Of a DNA stretch of 64,000 nt, positions 38,269-53,564 are shown in pieces. The translations under genes were made by a program, and so were the position numbers. Source of the stretch: Octopus vulgaris (Eukaryota); contig OX597814.1 in assembly GCA_951406725.2 (NCBI GenBank), forward strand, positions 76,446,001 to 76,510,000, read 5' to 3'. How positions within the stretch are numbered: the first letter of the stretch is position 1; each line of letters opens with the position of its first letter. Below the pieces are notes generated by a model that was given only the letters and a program-made list of their open reading frames with translations, did no database searches and was not told where the DNA came from.

Positions 38269-41200
38269 TATATCTACACAAATATAAAATTTGTAGGAAG
38301 AGAAACTTGTATATATGTGTGTATGCATATATATGTGTGTGTGTATACAAAAGTGCATTTGTATGCATATGCTTACACACATGCACTCATATACATATAG
38401 GGTGAGAGAGAGAGAGAGAGAGATCAGTATAACCTATATAGAGAGAGATGAAAATCAATCTAGCATCAGATATGTGATAATTAAAATAGAATTATCAGTA
38501 GGAAAAGAGATGCTAATAAACTTTTGTTCTCTTATCTTGTGACTGGCTAGATTAAAACAAGACAAAATAAGATGAAATACTCCACTCTTGAATACTTACC
38601 AGACTTCAGTGGTGTTTATGTTTGTGAATTTTAATTGAAAAACTTAAAGAAACTTGATTCCAGAAATTCTATTTTATATTTGAGCAATCTACAAAGTTAC
38701 ATTGGTTCATACAAGTTGGAATCAGATAAATGAGAAATGTAAGGTCAATGCAGTTAACATCTTTTTCTTTTTTCAAGTTGTATATACTCAAAACATGTGG
38801 TGGGTTAATCTTGATATTTTTGATATCAGAAAATTCCTTATAACTGCATAATTTTTTTAATTTCTGTATGCTTTGAAGAGAGGAGAAAGTGGAACGGCAA
38901 AATTTGCTTTGAAAGTATGTACATGTATATGAAATGGACATATGATTGAGTGAAGGTGTGTGTTGTCATGTATATGTTTTTTTTTGCATGTATGTGTAAG
39001 TAGCACTCTCTGTCTCTTACACATATACATATTTCATATACATGTACATAAATACATATGCATACATCTCTTTTGTATGTATGTATGCGTGTACATGTGG
39101 GAGAGAGAGTGAGTGACTGTATTTCCTCATAAGATCTAGAAAAGTGGATGTCTTTTGGTTGTGGCTTATTTTAATACAATATTTATGTGTACATTTTCAT
39201 AAATGTTTGTCTGAGTAGTATTCTATGCATGTGTGAAACATTAGAAGTAAATCGAAATATTGCCTGAAAATGACCTCAAAATTGTGCAACCCAACCTCGT
39301 TTCCCAGTTTATTTTAGTAGTAATAGAATTGTTAAGCCAAAAACTGATTATTTGGTAGTTTTCATACATACATATATTGATAATAAGTAGCTTTCTCCAT
39401 TATAGTACAAATGTGACTAATTCAGAGAAACATTACTTTCATTATTCACACATCATCACTCACATAATGTAACACTTTGTAATTTTGGTTCAAATTGAAA
39501 GTGTGAAACTATTTTCACTTTCTAATGAAACTTTGTCGTTGTAGAACAGTGTCTTTCAAATAACTATAGCTGGTTGTTGAGATAACACAGAAAGCATGTA
39601 AATGAAAATAAAGTCTATTTGGTAGTCAAAATATTACTGAATCTTTTGATACCCCATACGTCAAAATTGGTAACACAGTTTTCAAATGCATAAGGAACAT
39701 ACGTGTGTGCGCACACACACACACAAACTCTTTTGTATATATATATATATATATATATATATGCATGTATACATGTGTGTGTAAGTGAAATCACAGTTGT
39801 GGTCATTGTCAGTGTCACATAATTGGCACCCATGCCAATGGCATGTAAAAAGCACTATTCAAGTGCTGGGCCTCACAGAAGCAATGACAGATGACCAAAA
39901 CCTTTGGCAATACGCTGTGCTTGAGAAGAAGACCCATCAAGCCAAGTGAAATCATTGTCATGGCAGACACTGGTTGTATGTAAAAGCACCCACTACACTC
40001 TTGGAGTGGTTGGTGTTAGCAAGGGCATCCAGCTGTAGAAACCATGCCAAATCAGACTGCAGTATGGTGCAGCCCCTCAGCTTACCAGCCCTGGTCAAGC
40101 CATTCAACACATGCCGACATGGACAACGGACATTAAATAATGACGATGATGTGTATATATGGGTGTGTGTGTGTGGTTAGAGCATCAGGCTCACAATCAT
40201 GAGATAGTGAGTTCGATTCCTGGACTGGGCTGTGTATTGTGTTCTTGAGCAAGACACTATTTCACATTGCTCCAGTTCACTCAGCGGTAGAAATGAATTG
40301 CAACATCACTGGTAACAAGCTGTATGAGCCTTTGCCTATCCCTTGGAAAACATTAGTGGCGTGGAGTGGGGAAGCTGGCATTCATGGGTGACTGCTGGTC
40401 TTCCATAAACAACCTTGCCCAGGCCTCAGAGGGTAACTTTCTAGGCAATCACATAATCATTCATGACTGAAGGGGGTCTTATATAACATATATATATATA
40501 GGCACAGGCATGTTTGTGTGTTAAGAAAATTGCTTCTCAACCACATGGTTCTGGGTTCAGTCCCACTGTGTGACATTTTGGGCGATTGTTTTCTACTATA
40601 GCTTCAGGCTGGCCCAAGCCTTGTGAGTGGGTTTGGTAGATGGAAACTGAAAGAGGCCTGTTGCATGTATCTATATATATATATATTTACATAAATATGT
40701 TTATGTGTTTGTGTCTGTCTTTTTCCTCCCCACAATTGATTGACAACCAATGTTGGTGTGTTTATGTCCCTGTAATTTAGCAGTTTTGCAAAAAAGACTG
40801 ATAGAATAAGTATTAGGCTTACAAAAAGTAAGTCCTGAGATCAATTTCTTCAGTTAAAAACCTCTTTGAGGCAGTGCTCCAGCATGGCTGCAGTCAAATG
40901 ACTGAAACAAGTAAAAATATATGTATGTATGTATGTATACATATATATGTGTTTGTGTATTTGTTTTGCAAGATTCTTGATGTGAAATTTTATGTTGAAA
41001 CAGATATTGTTTTATTTGGGAGTGGTCCTATTTTGCCAATTAAATACATGCACTATATATTTGGTCTTTATTTCAGCTTTGTTGTTATTTTAATTTCTTT
41101 GTCTAGAGTCACTGAAGAGGTCACAGGATGTGACAAAAGAGCTTTGACAAAGAAACTAAAATAATGATAACAAGAGCACTCAGAGAGCGCAAACCTCCAC

Positions 41201-41951
41201 CAAAGCAACACCAACAGCCTCTCAACGATTAGCCGGAGATGATTTTTAAAATGAGAATATCTGAAATATACTACTGTTCTCACAAACAAAGAATACTAAA
41301 AATGAACCTGACCACTCTCAAATGGAACAATAATCCAAATATATATATATATATATTGAGTGAGACGTGAAAGGAGAGGAGATAAAATACTCATACAGTG
41401 AAGGAGAAGTAGTGAGAGTAATATCCATGACTGAGAGGGAGTGAGAGAAAGTAATGACAATGAGAAAGATGAAACAAAGTGGCAAAGAGAGCTTCATGAA
41501 TGAGAAAGGGAGAGATGATATATGAATAACAAAGGAAGGAGCAAAAAATCCAATAAACGGCATTTGAAGTGTTAGTATATGTGTGTGTAAAAGAGAGGTA
41601 TGTGTGTGTGTGTACAATGGAAATGGGATGGTAATGTTAAACATTGAAAATGTGTGTGCATGTACAAGAGAACTATGTGAAACTTTACATATACATGTGA
41701 AGTTTAAAAAATTGGAAAATTAATCCAGAATCCTTGTCTGGTACTGGAATGATCCCAAAATCTAATTAGACCATGCAGTCACAATGCCAAACATCCCTGA
41801 AAGTTTCATCCAAATTCATCAAGCAGTTCTTGAGATATCTTGTCCACAGACAAACAAACAGACACAACTGAAAACAATACCTCTGCCGTCGCTAAGGCAG
41901 AAGTAATAAAGCTGAGGTGAAGACCAAATATATTGTGTGTGTGTGTGTATA

Positions 41952-42465
41952 TCTATATATATAAAACTGTAGTTGTGTGAGTGTCTGTCCCCTTCGATTT
42001 AGATTCCTAACTACTCCCACATTTTGCGGTGCAGTTTAACCAAATTCGGGTATCTTATAGCCGTGATTCATATCGAGCCCGTCTGGGTATTAGCGCACGT
42101 CTACGATGAGTCTACGATTTTAAAAATAATTTAACATCAATTTTTATTCCATTTTAATGCATATTTTTTCGTGTGTCGATGGCGGTGGAGTTGGCGTCCA
42201 CGCTCACATCTGCACCTGTGTTGCTTCTCCCCCTTCTTCCCTCCCTCGTGAAGCTGTGGGGAAGGGAGTGTAAGGAAATCAACGTCGTAAAGCGTTGTCA
42301 AGGAGACCAGCGTTCTTTTAGAACAACGACTTCATGGCTTGAAGACACCAAAACAGAAATGGCTAAGAAAGCCCGAATTGGCATCTATAACGGAAGTAAC
42401 TCTCTAAAAATGCTTATATAGTTATTTCCCTTACAAACCCGAGCAACTCCGGGCGATACTGCTAG
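41952..42465 (+). mobile_element. Complete non-autonomous Helitron
   Basis: A^TCTATATATATAAAA start; 3' hairpin CCCG-AGCAACTC-CGGG then CGATACTG-CTAG^T; same family as the 60-64 kb copies. Confidence 0.85.
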
Positions 42466-45355
42466 TATATATATATATATACACACGCACACACACGTGT
42501 GTATGTATGGAGGTTGATCTGAGAGTGTAGCTTCTAGAATAAGAACAGGTTAGGTGAAGTTTAGAGAGCTGCTACTTTTGTTAGTAACAAAGGGCCTTAC
42601 CCTAAGAGTGAATGATTGTATGATGCCTGTGTGCAAACAGCCATGATGCATAGCAGTGAAGCGTAGGCTGTGACTGCAGAGGACATGTGAAAGCTTGCTG
42701 AAATGAAGCTAGTATGTTCTGTTGGATGTACAAGGTCAGTATGCACATATGACTATGAGATTGCACCTAGGAAGTCCAAGCAAAGTTGTTTTATGGAAGA
42801 CCAGAAGTTGCCCATGCATACCAGCCTCCCCTTTCCATGCCACTAATATTAACCAAGAGAAAAGCAAAGGCCAATACAGCTTGGTACCAGTGACACCGCA
42901 ACTCATTTCTACAGATGAGTGAACTGGAGCAACATGAAATAAAATGTCTTGCTCAAGAACACAAACACACAGCCCAGTCTGGGAATTGAACTCACTACCT
43001 CATGATTGTGAACTTGATGTAACCACTGAGTCATGTGCCTTCTCGTTCCAAAATTATACAGATGAAAATAAACAATGAAACTTTATATGACATGCTATTA
43101 ATACTGGATTAACTATAAGGCAGTGAACTGGCAGAATCATTAGCATGCTGGGTGAAATGCTTAATGACATTTCATCCATCTTACTATGAGTTCAAATTCC
43201 ACCAAGGTTGACTTTACTTTTCGGCCTTTCAGGATCAATAAAATAAGTACCAGTTGAGCACTGGGGTCAATATAATCAACTTACCCCTTCCTCAAAATTG
43301 CTGGCCTTGTGTCACATTTTGAAATCAATATTGGATTACCTCTTGACTCAAGGGGGTTTTTTTTCAAATATAAAGGAAAATAAGCAAACAATAGAGTTTA
43401 TTTCCTTCTTCGTTGAGACTAAGAGTTGGGACATCAATTGTTTAACTCAAAGTAGATTGATCAGCCCTGTAATCAAAAGCATTTCAGCCATAATAATCAC
43501 CTGAACAAGAAATTATATAGTGAGAAACAAAAACAAAAGAAAAGCTTTTGAAGTCATGAGAAAGATTAAGTTGATCACTAGAAAGATAATGTGTAACAGA
43601 AAATTCCATACTGACAGAAAGTGAATCAGCATCCTAGAAATAATGACTTAAAAAAAAAAGAAAAGAACATATTGGAGAAAGCACTGTAGAATAAACTATA
43701 TCTGCAGAGATTTCATGGTTAGAATGCTTTTGAACTTAGATTTCCTCTACCAGATCTGGGGCTAAACAACATTTGATATAAAGTACAGCTCCATAATTGT
43801 CAAGCTTTCTCACTACAGTTTCTCTCCATACATGCAATACACATCTATTACTCTTGTTCTCTTTGTCAGTATTGAAGCAAAAAACAAATATGGAACTTTT
43901 TTTTTAATCAATTGCAAACTTCTGGTAAATCTTGCAACTTTTCTAAAGAAGTAAAAATCATGCCTGGCTCTTGTTTTCAGTCTTCTGTGAAAAACATGCC
44001 TTGGCATGGTAAAATATTACCGTATTTGGAAACAGGTTAGAGTTGGGGGCAGGAAGTCTTCATTCTAGAAAATCTGCCTCAACACATTCCATTTGACCCA
44101 TGCAAGCATGGACAATTGGACATTATATGACGAGGAATACATTTGAGTTGATTCTGTCTATTGGCTCACAGAAGAATTTAACTTTAAACCTTTAGATTCC
44201 TTTGTCAAATGCATTGCTTATTTATTCACATTCTTTTGAATTAATCACACATTATTTTGTAGCTTCAAGATTTCACCAATGTCTTATCTTTTACTTGTTT
44301 CAGTCATTTGACTGTGACCATTCTGGGGCACTGCCTCAAAGGGTTATTTAATCAAACAAATTGACTCCAGTACTCATCTTTTTTTAAGCCTAGTACTTAT
44401 TCTATTGGTATTTTTTGCTGCATTGCTAAATTACAGGGACATAAACACACCAACACCAGTTGTCAAGCGATGGTGGGGGACAAATAGATGCAAACACAAA
44501 CACACATATGACAGGCTTCTTTCAGTTTTCATCTATCAAATTCACTCACAATGCTATGGTCAGCTTGAGACTATAGTAGAAGACACTTGCCCAGGGTGCC
44601 ATGCAGTGAGAGTGAACCTGGAACCATGTGGTTAGAAAGCTAGCTTCTTACCGCATAACCATACCTGTGCCTGCAGTGTGTTTGTATATTTTTAGAATGA
44701 CATTGTAGGTTAGGTGTGAGAAGTTGGATCTGGTCAGTTTTAACATAAAACAAGTAGAATATATGACTGGATTAAATGCTAAAAAGTTAAACTTATTACT
44801 GCAAGTTAGTGAAACCTTCATCAATTATACAATGTTCTCACTGCTTATCTTTGTGATATGCATCTATCCTGATGTACCTTAACATTCTGAGTCATCGCTA
44901 ATATAAATGTTTACACATTGGTCACTGGACAGTGTTAACGATAAGAAAAATGCTATTGACCTTTAGGCTGGTAGTCTGACAACCTACTAACTTGTCAATC
45001 TGTAAATCTCTTCTTTCACATGAAGTTGCAGGTAGGGATAGTAAACAAAAGTCTCTGTGAAAAAGGACATTTACATCAAACTAATTACCTGCTGATGTAA
45101 ATGAACTTGTCTAAACATAGAAAAAGCAGGAAAGAGAAAAATGATGATGTAAATAGAAGTTATTAAAATGTTATTTTTAATTAATTCTCTTTGTAATAAA
45201 GAATGATTAAATAATCTTTTAATGTTTCAACACAAGGAAATAAATAAAGATATTGCAGGTATTAACTAATTCATAAAATAACTAATTTCAAAGTGATAAT
45301 TATAAGGGAAGATAAATGTTTGTTAAAAGACACCAGTAACTCATGAGGCTACATA

Positions 45356-46667
45356 TAAGATACATTCCAGAAGTTTTAAAACTTTTTAGGAGAGGCAGTC
45401 ATAACTGTCCTAGATGATTGTAATTTTAGTCTATCATTACTATACATCTAATAAGCTAACCTGTCAACACTTTCATTCCAGATTGAAGGAAATGGCCACC
45501 ACAGTACTTTGAACACTCCCTGTTAAACACTGCTTGTAACTGCTGACTAGTTTTCAGAATGCAGTTTGAACATAAAGACAATTCAAAGGCTTACTGTGCA
45601 GTAAAGTTTTGTGTTAAACTGGGCAAAAATGCTACAGAATCTTGTCAAATGCTCCAGACTGCTTATGGATTAACTTGTATGAGTCGAGCATCTGCTCTTT
45701 ACTGGCACAAGAGGTTCAAGGATGGTAGAGAGGAGATGAGAGATGATGAGAAGGGAGGGACTTCAAAATATCAGAGCTGCTTGAGAAAATTCACAATTTT
45801 CTGAATGAATACATTTGGGTGTTTATAAAGACAGTAAGCATACAGTTGGACTTGGTGTGGCAAATATACACAGAATTATTCTTGAAGATCTGAATGCGCA
45901 TAAAATTTGTGCAGTTTGTTCCCCGAGTGCTTGGTAATAAACAGAAGGAAAGACATGTTGGTGACTGCAGAGAAATAGTTAAGCTCACTACCACCAATCC
46001 AAGAGTACTTGAGTTTCTGCTGATTTGTAACAAAAGGTGGATCTATTGTTATGATCCAGAGAGACAGAGTACCTAATGGAAGTATCTTGGCTTCTCCTAG
46101 ATTCAAGAAGGCCAAACAAAGCAAGTTCACCAGGAAGTTCATGATGAGCTCCTTTTTTGACTGCCAAGCCATCATCTGCATCCACTGGGTTCTCTCATGC
46201 CAAATAGTCAACAAAGAGTACTTTGTGGATGTTTTGAGGGTGATCAAGAAGAGATTTCATCACAAAAGGCCAGAGCTCTTCCATCAGATTGGTGGCATCT
46301 TCACCAGGACAATGCACCAGTACACAATTCCATCCTGGTAACCAACTACTAGGCAGAGATGGGCATCAAAACTGTCCCTCACCCTCCCTACAGTCAAGAC
46401 CTTGCCCCCTGTAACTTTTATTTGTTCTCCAAGATGGAGAACCTCGGGGGTTTTGAAGACATTGAGAAGATGAAGGCAGCTGTGACAAGGGCCCTGGACA
46501 CCTTCACTTTGAAGGACTTCATGAGGATTTCACAAAGTAGCTGGAGTACTACAATGAATGCGTTGAAGTCAGTGGGTCCTACTCTGAAAGGGATTAGAGT
46601 TTGTATGTCTTTGAAATTAATAAATGCCTCTTCTGAAAAAATCTTTACATTTCTGGAATGCACCTCA
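45356..46667 (+). mobile_element. Full-length degenerate mariner transposon
   Basis: TIR-like ends AAGATACATTCCAGAA / TTCTGGAATGCACCTCA; AVKFCVKLGKNATE (HTH), FVPRVL, WIYCYDPE, HQDNAP, PHPPYSQDLAPCNFYLF. Confidence 0.9.
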
Positions 46668-46966
46668 TATATTTGGTTTCACACCACTCTGTGAAGGAGA
46701 AGGAAATTCCCTTCTTTTGGATTAGATGGTTGTTTTATCAAAAGTAACATTTCTGTTGGTTTTACCTGGCAGGAGAATAAACTTAGAAAGAACAATTATG
46801 TAGAACATTTGAATTCAAAACTCTTGAGTCTATATCCAATACTTTAAATATTTATCCATGAAACCAATTATGGTTAATTAAAGAACTCAGACAAGAGCAA
46901 ATTGTTTAACAAATTCACTGAGTTATCATGAGATCCTAATTTCAGTTCCAATGTTTGATATATTAG

Positions 46967-47044
<78 letters not shown>

Positions 47045-47351
47045 TTATATCTGTGAGTGTGTCTTTGTGTTTGTCCCCCACCATCCCTTGACAACAGATG
47101 TTGGTGTGCTTATGTCCCTGTAGCATAACAATTTGGCAAAAGTGACCATTAGAATGAGTACTAGGCTTATAAAGAATAAAACCTGGGTCAATTTCTTCAG
47201 CTAAAATCCTTTAAGGTGGTGCTCCAGCATGGTGGCAGTCAAATAACTGAAACAAGTAAAAGAATAAAAGAAAAGAATATATATATATAGGTTTTATTCT
47301 TTATGACCCTAGTACTCATTCTAATGGTCACTTTTGCCAAATTGTTACGCT

Positions 47352-47534
47352 GGAGCTGGCCAGATTGGAGCAATCTCAAGTATAGTCAGCCGAAATTGTG
47401 ATGATAATCTGGTACTTGACTGAGGAAAGAAACTTTGAATAACCCGTCCTTATTTTCTTTGTATCATCTATCTGAATGTTTTGTTGTCCCATTTTTGTAT
47501 CACCTAGCTGTCCGGATGTTCTTGTTCCATTTTG

Positions 47535-47581
<47 letters not shown>

Positions 47582-48125
47582 TAAATTAGAGACAAAATCT
47601 TTTCTTGCCCCCTCCTTAATTCTTCTGTCCTTCTACTTCTACTTCTCTCTCTTCTCTTCCCATGTGATCAGCATTCAGCCAAGCCTGTTCTTTCTTTCTT
47701 GGTCTGGCTGTTGTCCATACAACATCAATATTCCCTGCCATAAGGCTTCATTTCCACACACGCCAGCTTAATTTAATTCATCCTTAGTCAAAATACACCT
47801 GTTGTTATGTCCTGTTATTATTTTTATTGTATTTGTGTAACATTGTCCGTTTTTTCCATCCTTGTTTTTGTATACATTCGCTGCTTTCTTCCAAGGAATC
47901 TAATGCTCTTAGCTTAGTTTTTCCTTGGGGCTGGCCAGATTGAAGCAATCTCAAATATAATCAGCTGAAATTGCAAAGATAATCTGGTACTTGACTGAGG
48001 AAAGAAAACTTTGAATAACCCGTCCTTGTTTTCTTTGTATCGTCTATCTGGATGTTTTGTTGTCCCATTTTTGTATCACCTAACTGCCCAGATGTTTTGC
48101 ATTCTTGTCCCATTTTTGTATTTTA
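47352..48125 (+). repeat. ~195-bp direct repeats (47352-47543, 47927-48125), each ending in (TA)n; possibly PLE pseudo-LTRs
   Basis: Shared GCTGGCCAGATTG.AGCAATCTC...CAGC(C/T)GAAATTG...GAATAACCCGTCCTT...TTTTGTATTTTATAT. Confidence 0.6.
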
Positions 48126-50136
48126 TATATATATATATATATATATTGATCAGATCTTTTTCAAGACACAATGCAAGAAGATATCTCAATGCAGATATAA
48201 ATAGGTATAAAGGACGAAGAGTACAACATTTTTAAAAACAGTGTGCTAGCCTTTGCTTGATACTTAAATACATGCATCACATATATTAGTTCTATAAGGT
48301 CTCCTGAACCTTCTGACTACTGGCCTGAAAATGCATTACCAAACATAACAATAATTTATTTACCTCTTTTGATATTTTGTTGCATTTCTTATTGATATTC
48401 TTCAATTATCCAAGTTAACCCTTCAGCATTTAAACAGCCTTATCTGGCCCAAATATTCTACTTGTTTTATGTTCAAACCAGCTAGATCTAGCCTCTCAAA
48501 CTTACTCTACAATGTTATTCTAAAAATAAACAATTACATCATCTTAATCTTGAAGCTTTGAGATAGTGCATGATTAATTGAAAATAAAGTGAATGAATAA
48601 GTATTGCATTTGAAAGAATTATCTGAATGTTAAAGGGTTAAAGAAGATTCACATGTTTTGATGATTACTGCCACATTATTTTACTTATTATTTCATAATA
48701 CAACAACTGAGTACATATAATTCCGTTATACTGGGTTCAAATTTTGGCAGAAGGCCAGCAGATTTGGTGGGAGAGGTAAGTCAATGACATTGACCCCACT
48801 ACTCAACTTGTACTTATTTTATCAACCCCAAAAGGATAAAAGGCAAAGTCAACCTTGGAGGAATTTGAACTCAGAACGTGAAGCCAGATGAAATGTTGTT
48901 AAGTATTTCACCTGGCATGCTAATGATTCTGCCAGATCACTGCCTTATAATTCAATTATATTGAACCCAATTCATTTTTGCTGACATGCTTTTGACTTAT
49001 TGCATCTTGTAAAGCTTTTGAATTCCTTTCAATATTCTTCAGTTACTCAAGCTTAACTTGATTCATATATCCTAACAATCACTTCTACATACCCAGAATT
49101 AATGAAAGCATTTACATTTAAAAAAAACAACTTAATTAGGTCAATCACAATTAGTGTCCATTTACCTCTTGAATTTAAAATTAACTTTTTATAAAATTTA
49201 AATGAAGATTTGTATTGAGAAGTCATATCATCACTATAGACAAGTGATTAGAATGTCAGGGAAGAATAGCAAGATGGATTCTTCAAGCTGAGCCAACCAG
49301 CAGCAAACCCATGGATAGACTGAAAATGAGATGATTGAATATCAATAGTCTCAGTTGGTTATGCTTGGAAATCCAGTTGCAAAGTGATAGAACCCTATGG
49401 AAGAGTGCCTGAGGACTCTTCCCCCACAACCCTTCCAGAGAAAATGGATGGATTTATTTATTGAAGAGATGTATTATACAACTAAAAAAAATAGATGAAA
49501 TTACTCCGGAATCTAGACTTTAAGCTATAATTCATTGAAATTATAAAAATAACTTACATGCATTTGCTCTTGAAACTGGTTGATTGTAAGCATGAACTAC
49601 TGACTACTGTCAATTTAGATACCTGTGGAAAGAGAAATATCTAGAACCATTTTATTCATATTCAGTTTTATGCCACATTTCACCAAGCTTTTACATAAAA
49701 TAAGAATATCTTAGTTCAATGTTTTATTATATCAGCAAATACATACAAAATGTAGCTGCACCCAAACTCTAATGAAAGAAATCTTTTGACAAGTAGAGCT
49801 TGCATTAATTTTATATGAAGCATAATGAGTTAGAATTTGAATAGGTGTAGAACATTTTTGCTATAACTTTGAGCAAAGCACATAGCTCTGCAAGCACAAA
49901 CTTACAAAGATAAACAGAGAAACAAACACATCTAAAAAACAAAATAGGTTGTACTGGGACAAAAAAAAAAAAACCAGAACAAACATAAATGACCTGGAGC
50001 ATACCTTAAAGTTTTCAATTTCAAACTATTTCTTGATCTAAATTTACTTTTAGTTGATCCATTAGTTTAAGTTTTCTATTATTTTCACACTCTAGGACTT
50101 TTGTATAATAGCATTACTATGACACATGCCATTGGA

Positions 50137-50169
<33 letters not shown>

Positions 50170-50624
50170 CCTTTCTACTATAGGTACAAGGCCTGAAATT
50201 TGGGGGAGGGGACTAGTCAATTACATTGACCCCAATGTTTCACTGGTTCATAATTTATCCACTCCGAAATGATGAAAGACAAAGTTGACCTCCAAAATGA
50301 TGAAAGGCAAAGTCGACTTTGGCAGGTATTTTAACTCAGAACGTAGCGGCAGACAAAATACCTATTTCTATTTCTTTACTACCCACAAGGGGCTAAACAC
50401 AGAGAGGGCAAACAAGGACAGACAAACAGATTAAGTCAATTATATCAACCCCAGTGTGTAACTGGTACTTATTTAATCGACTCCGAAAGGATGAAAGGCA
50501 AAGTCGACCTTGACAGAATTTGAACTCAGAACGTAGCGGCAGACAAAATACTGCTAAGCATTTTGCCTGGCTTACTAACTACTCTGCCAGCTCGCCACCT
50601 TAATAATAATAATAATTATAATAA

Positions 50625-52107
50625 TTTAGTTAAGTATTAAGAAAAAAATTGGCAGGGTATCAGTTTAGAAATAGTAAAGGAAAAATTAATCATTTTCTCT
50701 ACATAGATGATCTGAAGTTTTTTTTAGTAAGAATAAAAAAGAGATAGATTCTTCAAAACTCTTCAACAAAGATATAGGTATGGAATTTGGCATAGATAAG
50801 AGTGAAATATTAGTCATAAAAAAGGGACAGGTAGTCAGAAGTGAAGGCATTCAATTACAGATGGCCAGACATTAAAATCACTGAAAGAAGGAGAAAGTTA
50901 TAAGTATCTAGGAGTATTAGAATCTGACAGAGTACTAACTATAGAAATGAAAAGGAAAATTAAGAAGGAGTACATCAGAAGGGTGAGGAAGCTAATGAAG
51001 TCAAAGCTAAATGATCTGAATCTAGTAAATTCTTGAGCAGTATTATTACTCAGATATTCAGCAGCTTTTGTAGATTGGACAAAATATGAATTAGTAAATC
51101 TAGATAGAAGAATTAGGAAGGAATTTAATATAAATGGTGAACTTCATCCTAAAGCAGGTATATCAAGATTGTATTTACCTAGAAAGGAATGTGGTAGAGA
51201 TTTAATATTAATAGAAGATTGTGTGGAGTTAGCTAGAGTAGATATAACCTCCCATGTAGGTAACACTGAGGAAATTTTATTGAGAGCTGCAAGTGTAACA
51301 GTGAGAGACAGGGAAACCAAAAACTAGACAAAAGAAGCAAGATAACCTAACTGGAAAGAGAAGGCTTTGGTAAATGCATGGTAAATTTCCAAAGATAGTT
51401 GGAGGAAATAGTAATAGTGAGACATGATTGTCGCTGCAGAAAAGAAGGCTGAAAAGGGAGATGGAAAGTGTGTTAGTGGCAGCTCAAGATCAGGCATTGA
51501 GGACTAATTGGTTAAAAGCCAAGGCAGATAAAATAACAGCTAGATTCTCAGTGTAGGTTATGTAAATCAAAGTAGGGAATTGTTGCTCATTTAGTTACTG
51601 AATGTAGTAAACTGGCACAGAAAGAATACAAGAAAAGACTTGACAACCTAGTGAGAAAAATCCTCTAGGAGCTATGTAGAAAGCTAGAATTTCACCATAC
51701 TGATAAATGGTGTGAACACGAACTTTGTAAAGTGCTAGTAAGTAAGAAATATAGGATGTGGATTTTAACATTCACTCTTGACAGAGTAATAGAAGCTAGA
51801 AGGCTTAATTTAGTAGTAGACAAAGAGAACAGAAAGTGCCAGTCAATTGACTTTTCAATCTCAAATGATGGGAAAGTTAATATTTGAAGTATAGAAAAAA
51901 TAGCAAAGTATCAGAATCTAGCCATTGAGTGGAAAGTGCAGGTAAAAATGTATCCTTGTAGTTATAGGTGCATTAGGAACAATTCCTAAAGATTTAAACA
52001 GATGGATAGAAAAATAGGCATAAAACCTAGTTTGATACATCTCCAGAAAACAGTAATATTAGGAATAGCTAGGATACTTAGGAAGGTTCTTAGCATCTAA
52101 GGTTACT

Positions 52108-52110
<3 letters not shown>
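50625..52110 (+). mobile_element. R4/Dong-like retrotransposon 3' half (same family as 9310-12340), between (TAA)n tracts
   Basis: KINHFLYIDDLK, GMEFGIDK, YKYLGVLE, AAQDQALRTNW, CRLC, VIGALGTIP, LQKTVILG; long (TAA)n from 52110. Confidence 0.87.
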
Positions 52111-52178
<68 letters not shown>

Positions 52179-53513
52179 CCTTTCTACCATACGCAAAAGG
52201 ACTGGAATTTTGGAGGAGGGTGATAGTCAATTACACCAACCCCAGTACTTGACTGGTTCTTAATTTATTGACCCCAAAAGGATGAAAGACAAAGTCAACC
52301 TCAGCGGAATTTGAATTCAGAATGTTGCACCAGACAAAATACCTCTAAACATTTTGCCTGATGTGCTAACACTTCTACTACCTCACTGTCTTAATAAGAA
52401 CAACAATAATAATAATTAATAATAATTACAGCAACAATAATAATGGTCTCAACTTTTGGCACAAGGCCAGCAATTTTGGAGGAGGAATTAAATCAGTTAC
52501 AATGATCCTAGTGCTCATCATCATCATCATCATTGTCGTCATCATAATTTAATGCCTGTTTTCCATACTGGCATGAGTTGGACAGTTTTACAGGGGCTCA
52601 CAAGGCCAGGAGTCACATCAGGTTCCATTATCTGTTTTGGCATGGTTTCTCCATGCCCTTCATAACACACACCACTTTACAGAGTGCACTGAGTGCTTTT
52701 TACATTGCATTAGCACTGACAGGCTCACCAAGTACCTTACAAGACAAAAACTCCCCAACAGGGAGTGGGGAATAGTATCGACAGGGTGTGGCTTTGTACC
52801 AGTCAAGAGATTAAAGTTATAGGGGGTGAGAAATAGATATCCTGTTATAGATTGGTTACATTGGAAAGGAAAAGAGAGTGAGTTAGAGAGAAAGATAAAG
52901 AGAGTGATAGTGAGAAAGATAAGGGTGAAGACTAGTTGGGACATGTTCTTGAGTGACATTGGGGTGGAGGGGGAGAATGGAGAATGGGTGAAGTGATATG
53001 AAAGTTTGGAATGGGCGAGGGGGGCAACTCCAAAATGATGAAAGGCAAAGTTGACTTCAGCAGAAGGTGAACTAAGAACATAAAGATGAACAAAGTATCA
53101 CTATAGGCCCAGGCGTGGCTGTGTGGTAAGAAGCTTGCTTCCCAACCACATGGTTCCAGGTTCACTCCCACTTCATGGCACCTTAGGCAAGTGTCTTCTA
53201 TTATAGCCACAGGCCAACCAAAGCCTTGTGAGTGGATTTGGTAGACAGAAATTGAAAGAGGCCCATCATGTGTGTGTTTCTGTCTGTGCTTGTTCACCCA
53301 TCACTGCTTGACAATCGGTGTTGGTGTGTTTACATCTCTGTTCAGCGAAAGAACCTATAGAATAAGTACTAGGCTTAAAAAATAAGTTTCGGATCAATCT
53401 GTTCGACTGGGGCCTTTCAGTACAGTACTCCAGGATGGCTGCAGTTAAATGATTGAAACAAATTAAAGAGTAAAAGAGTAAGTACTATGCCTGCCTTGTT
53501 AATGATTGTTGCC

Positions 53514-53564
<51 letters not shown>

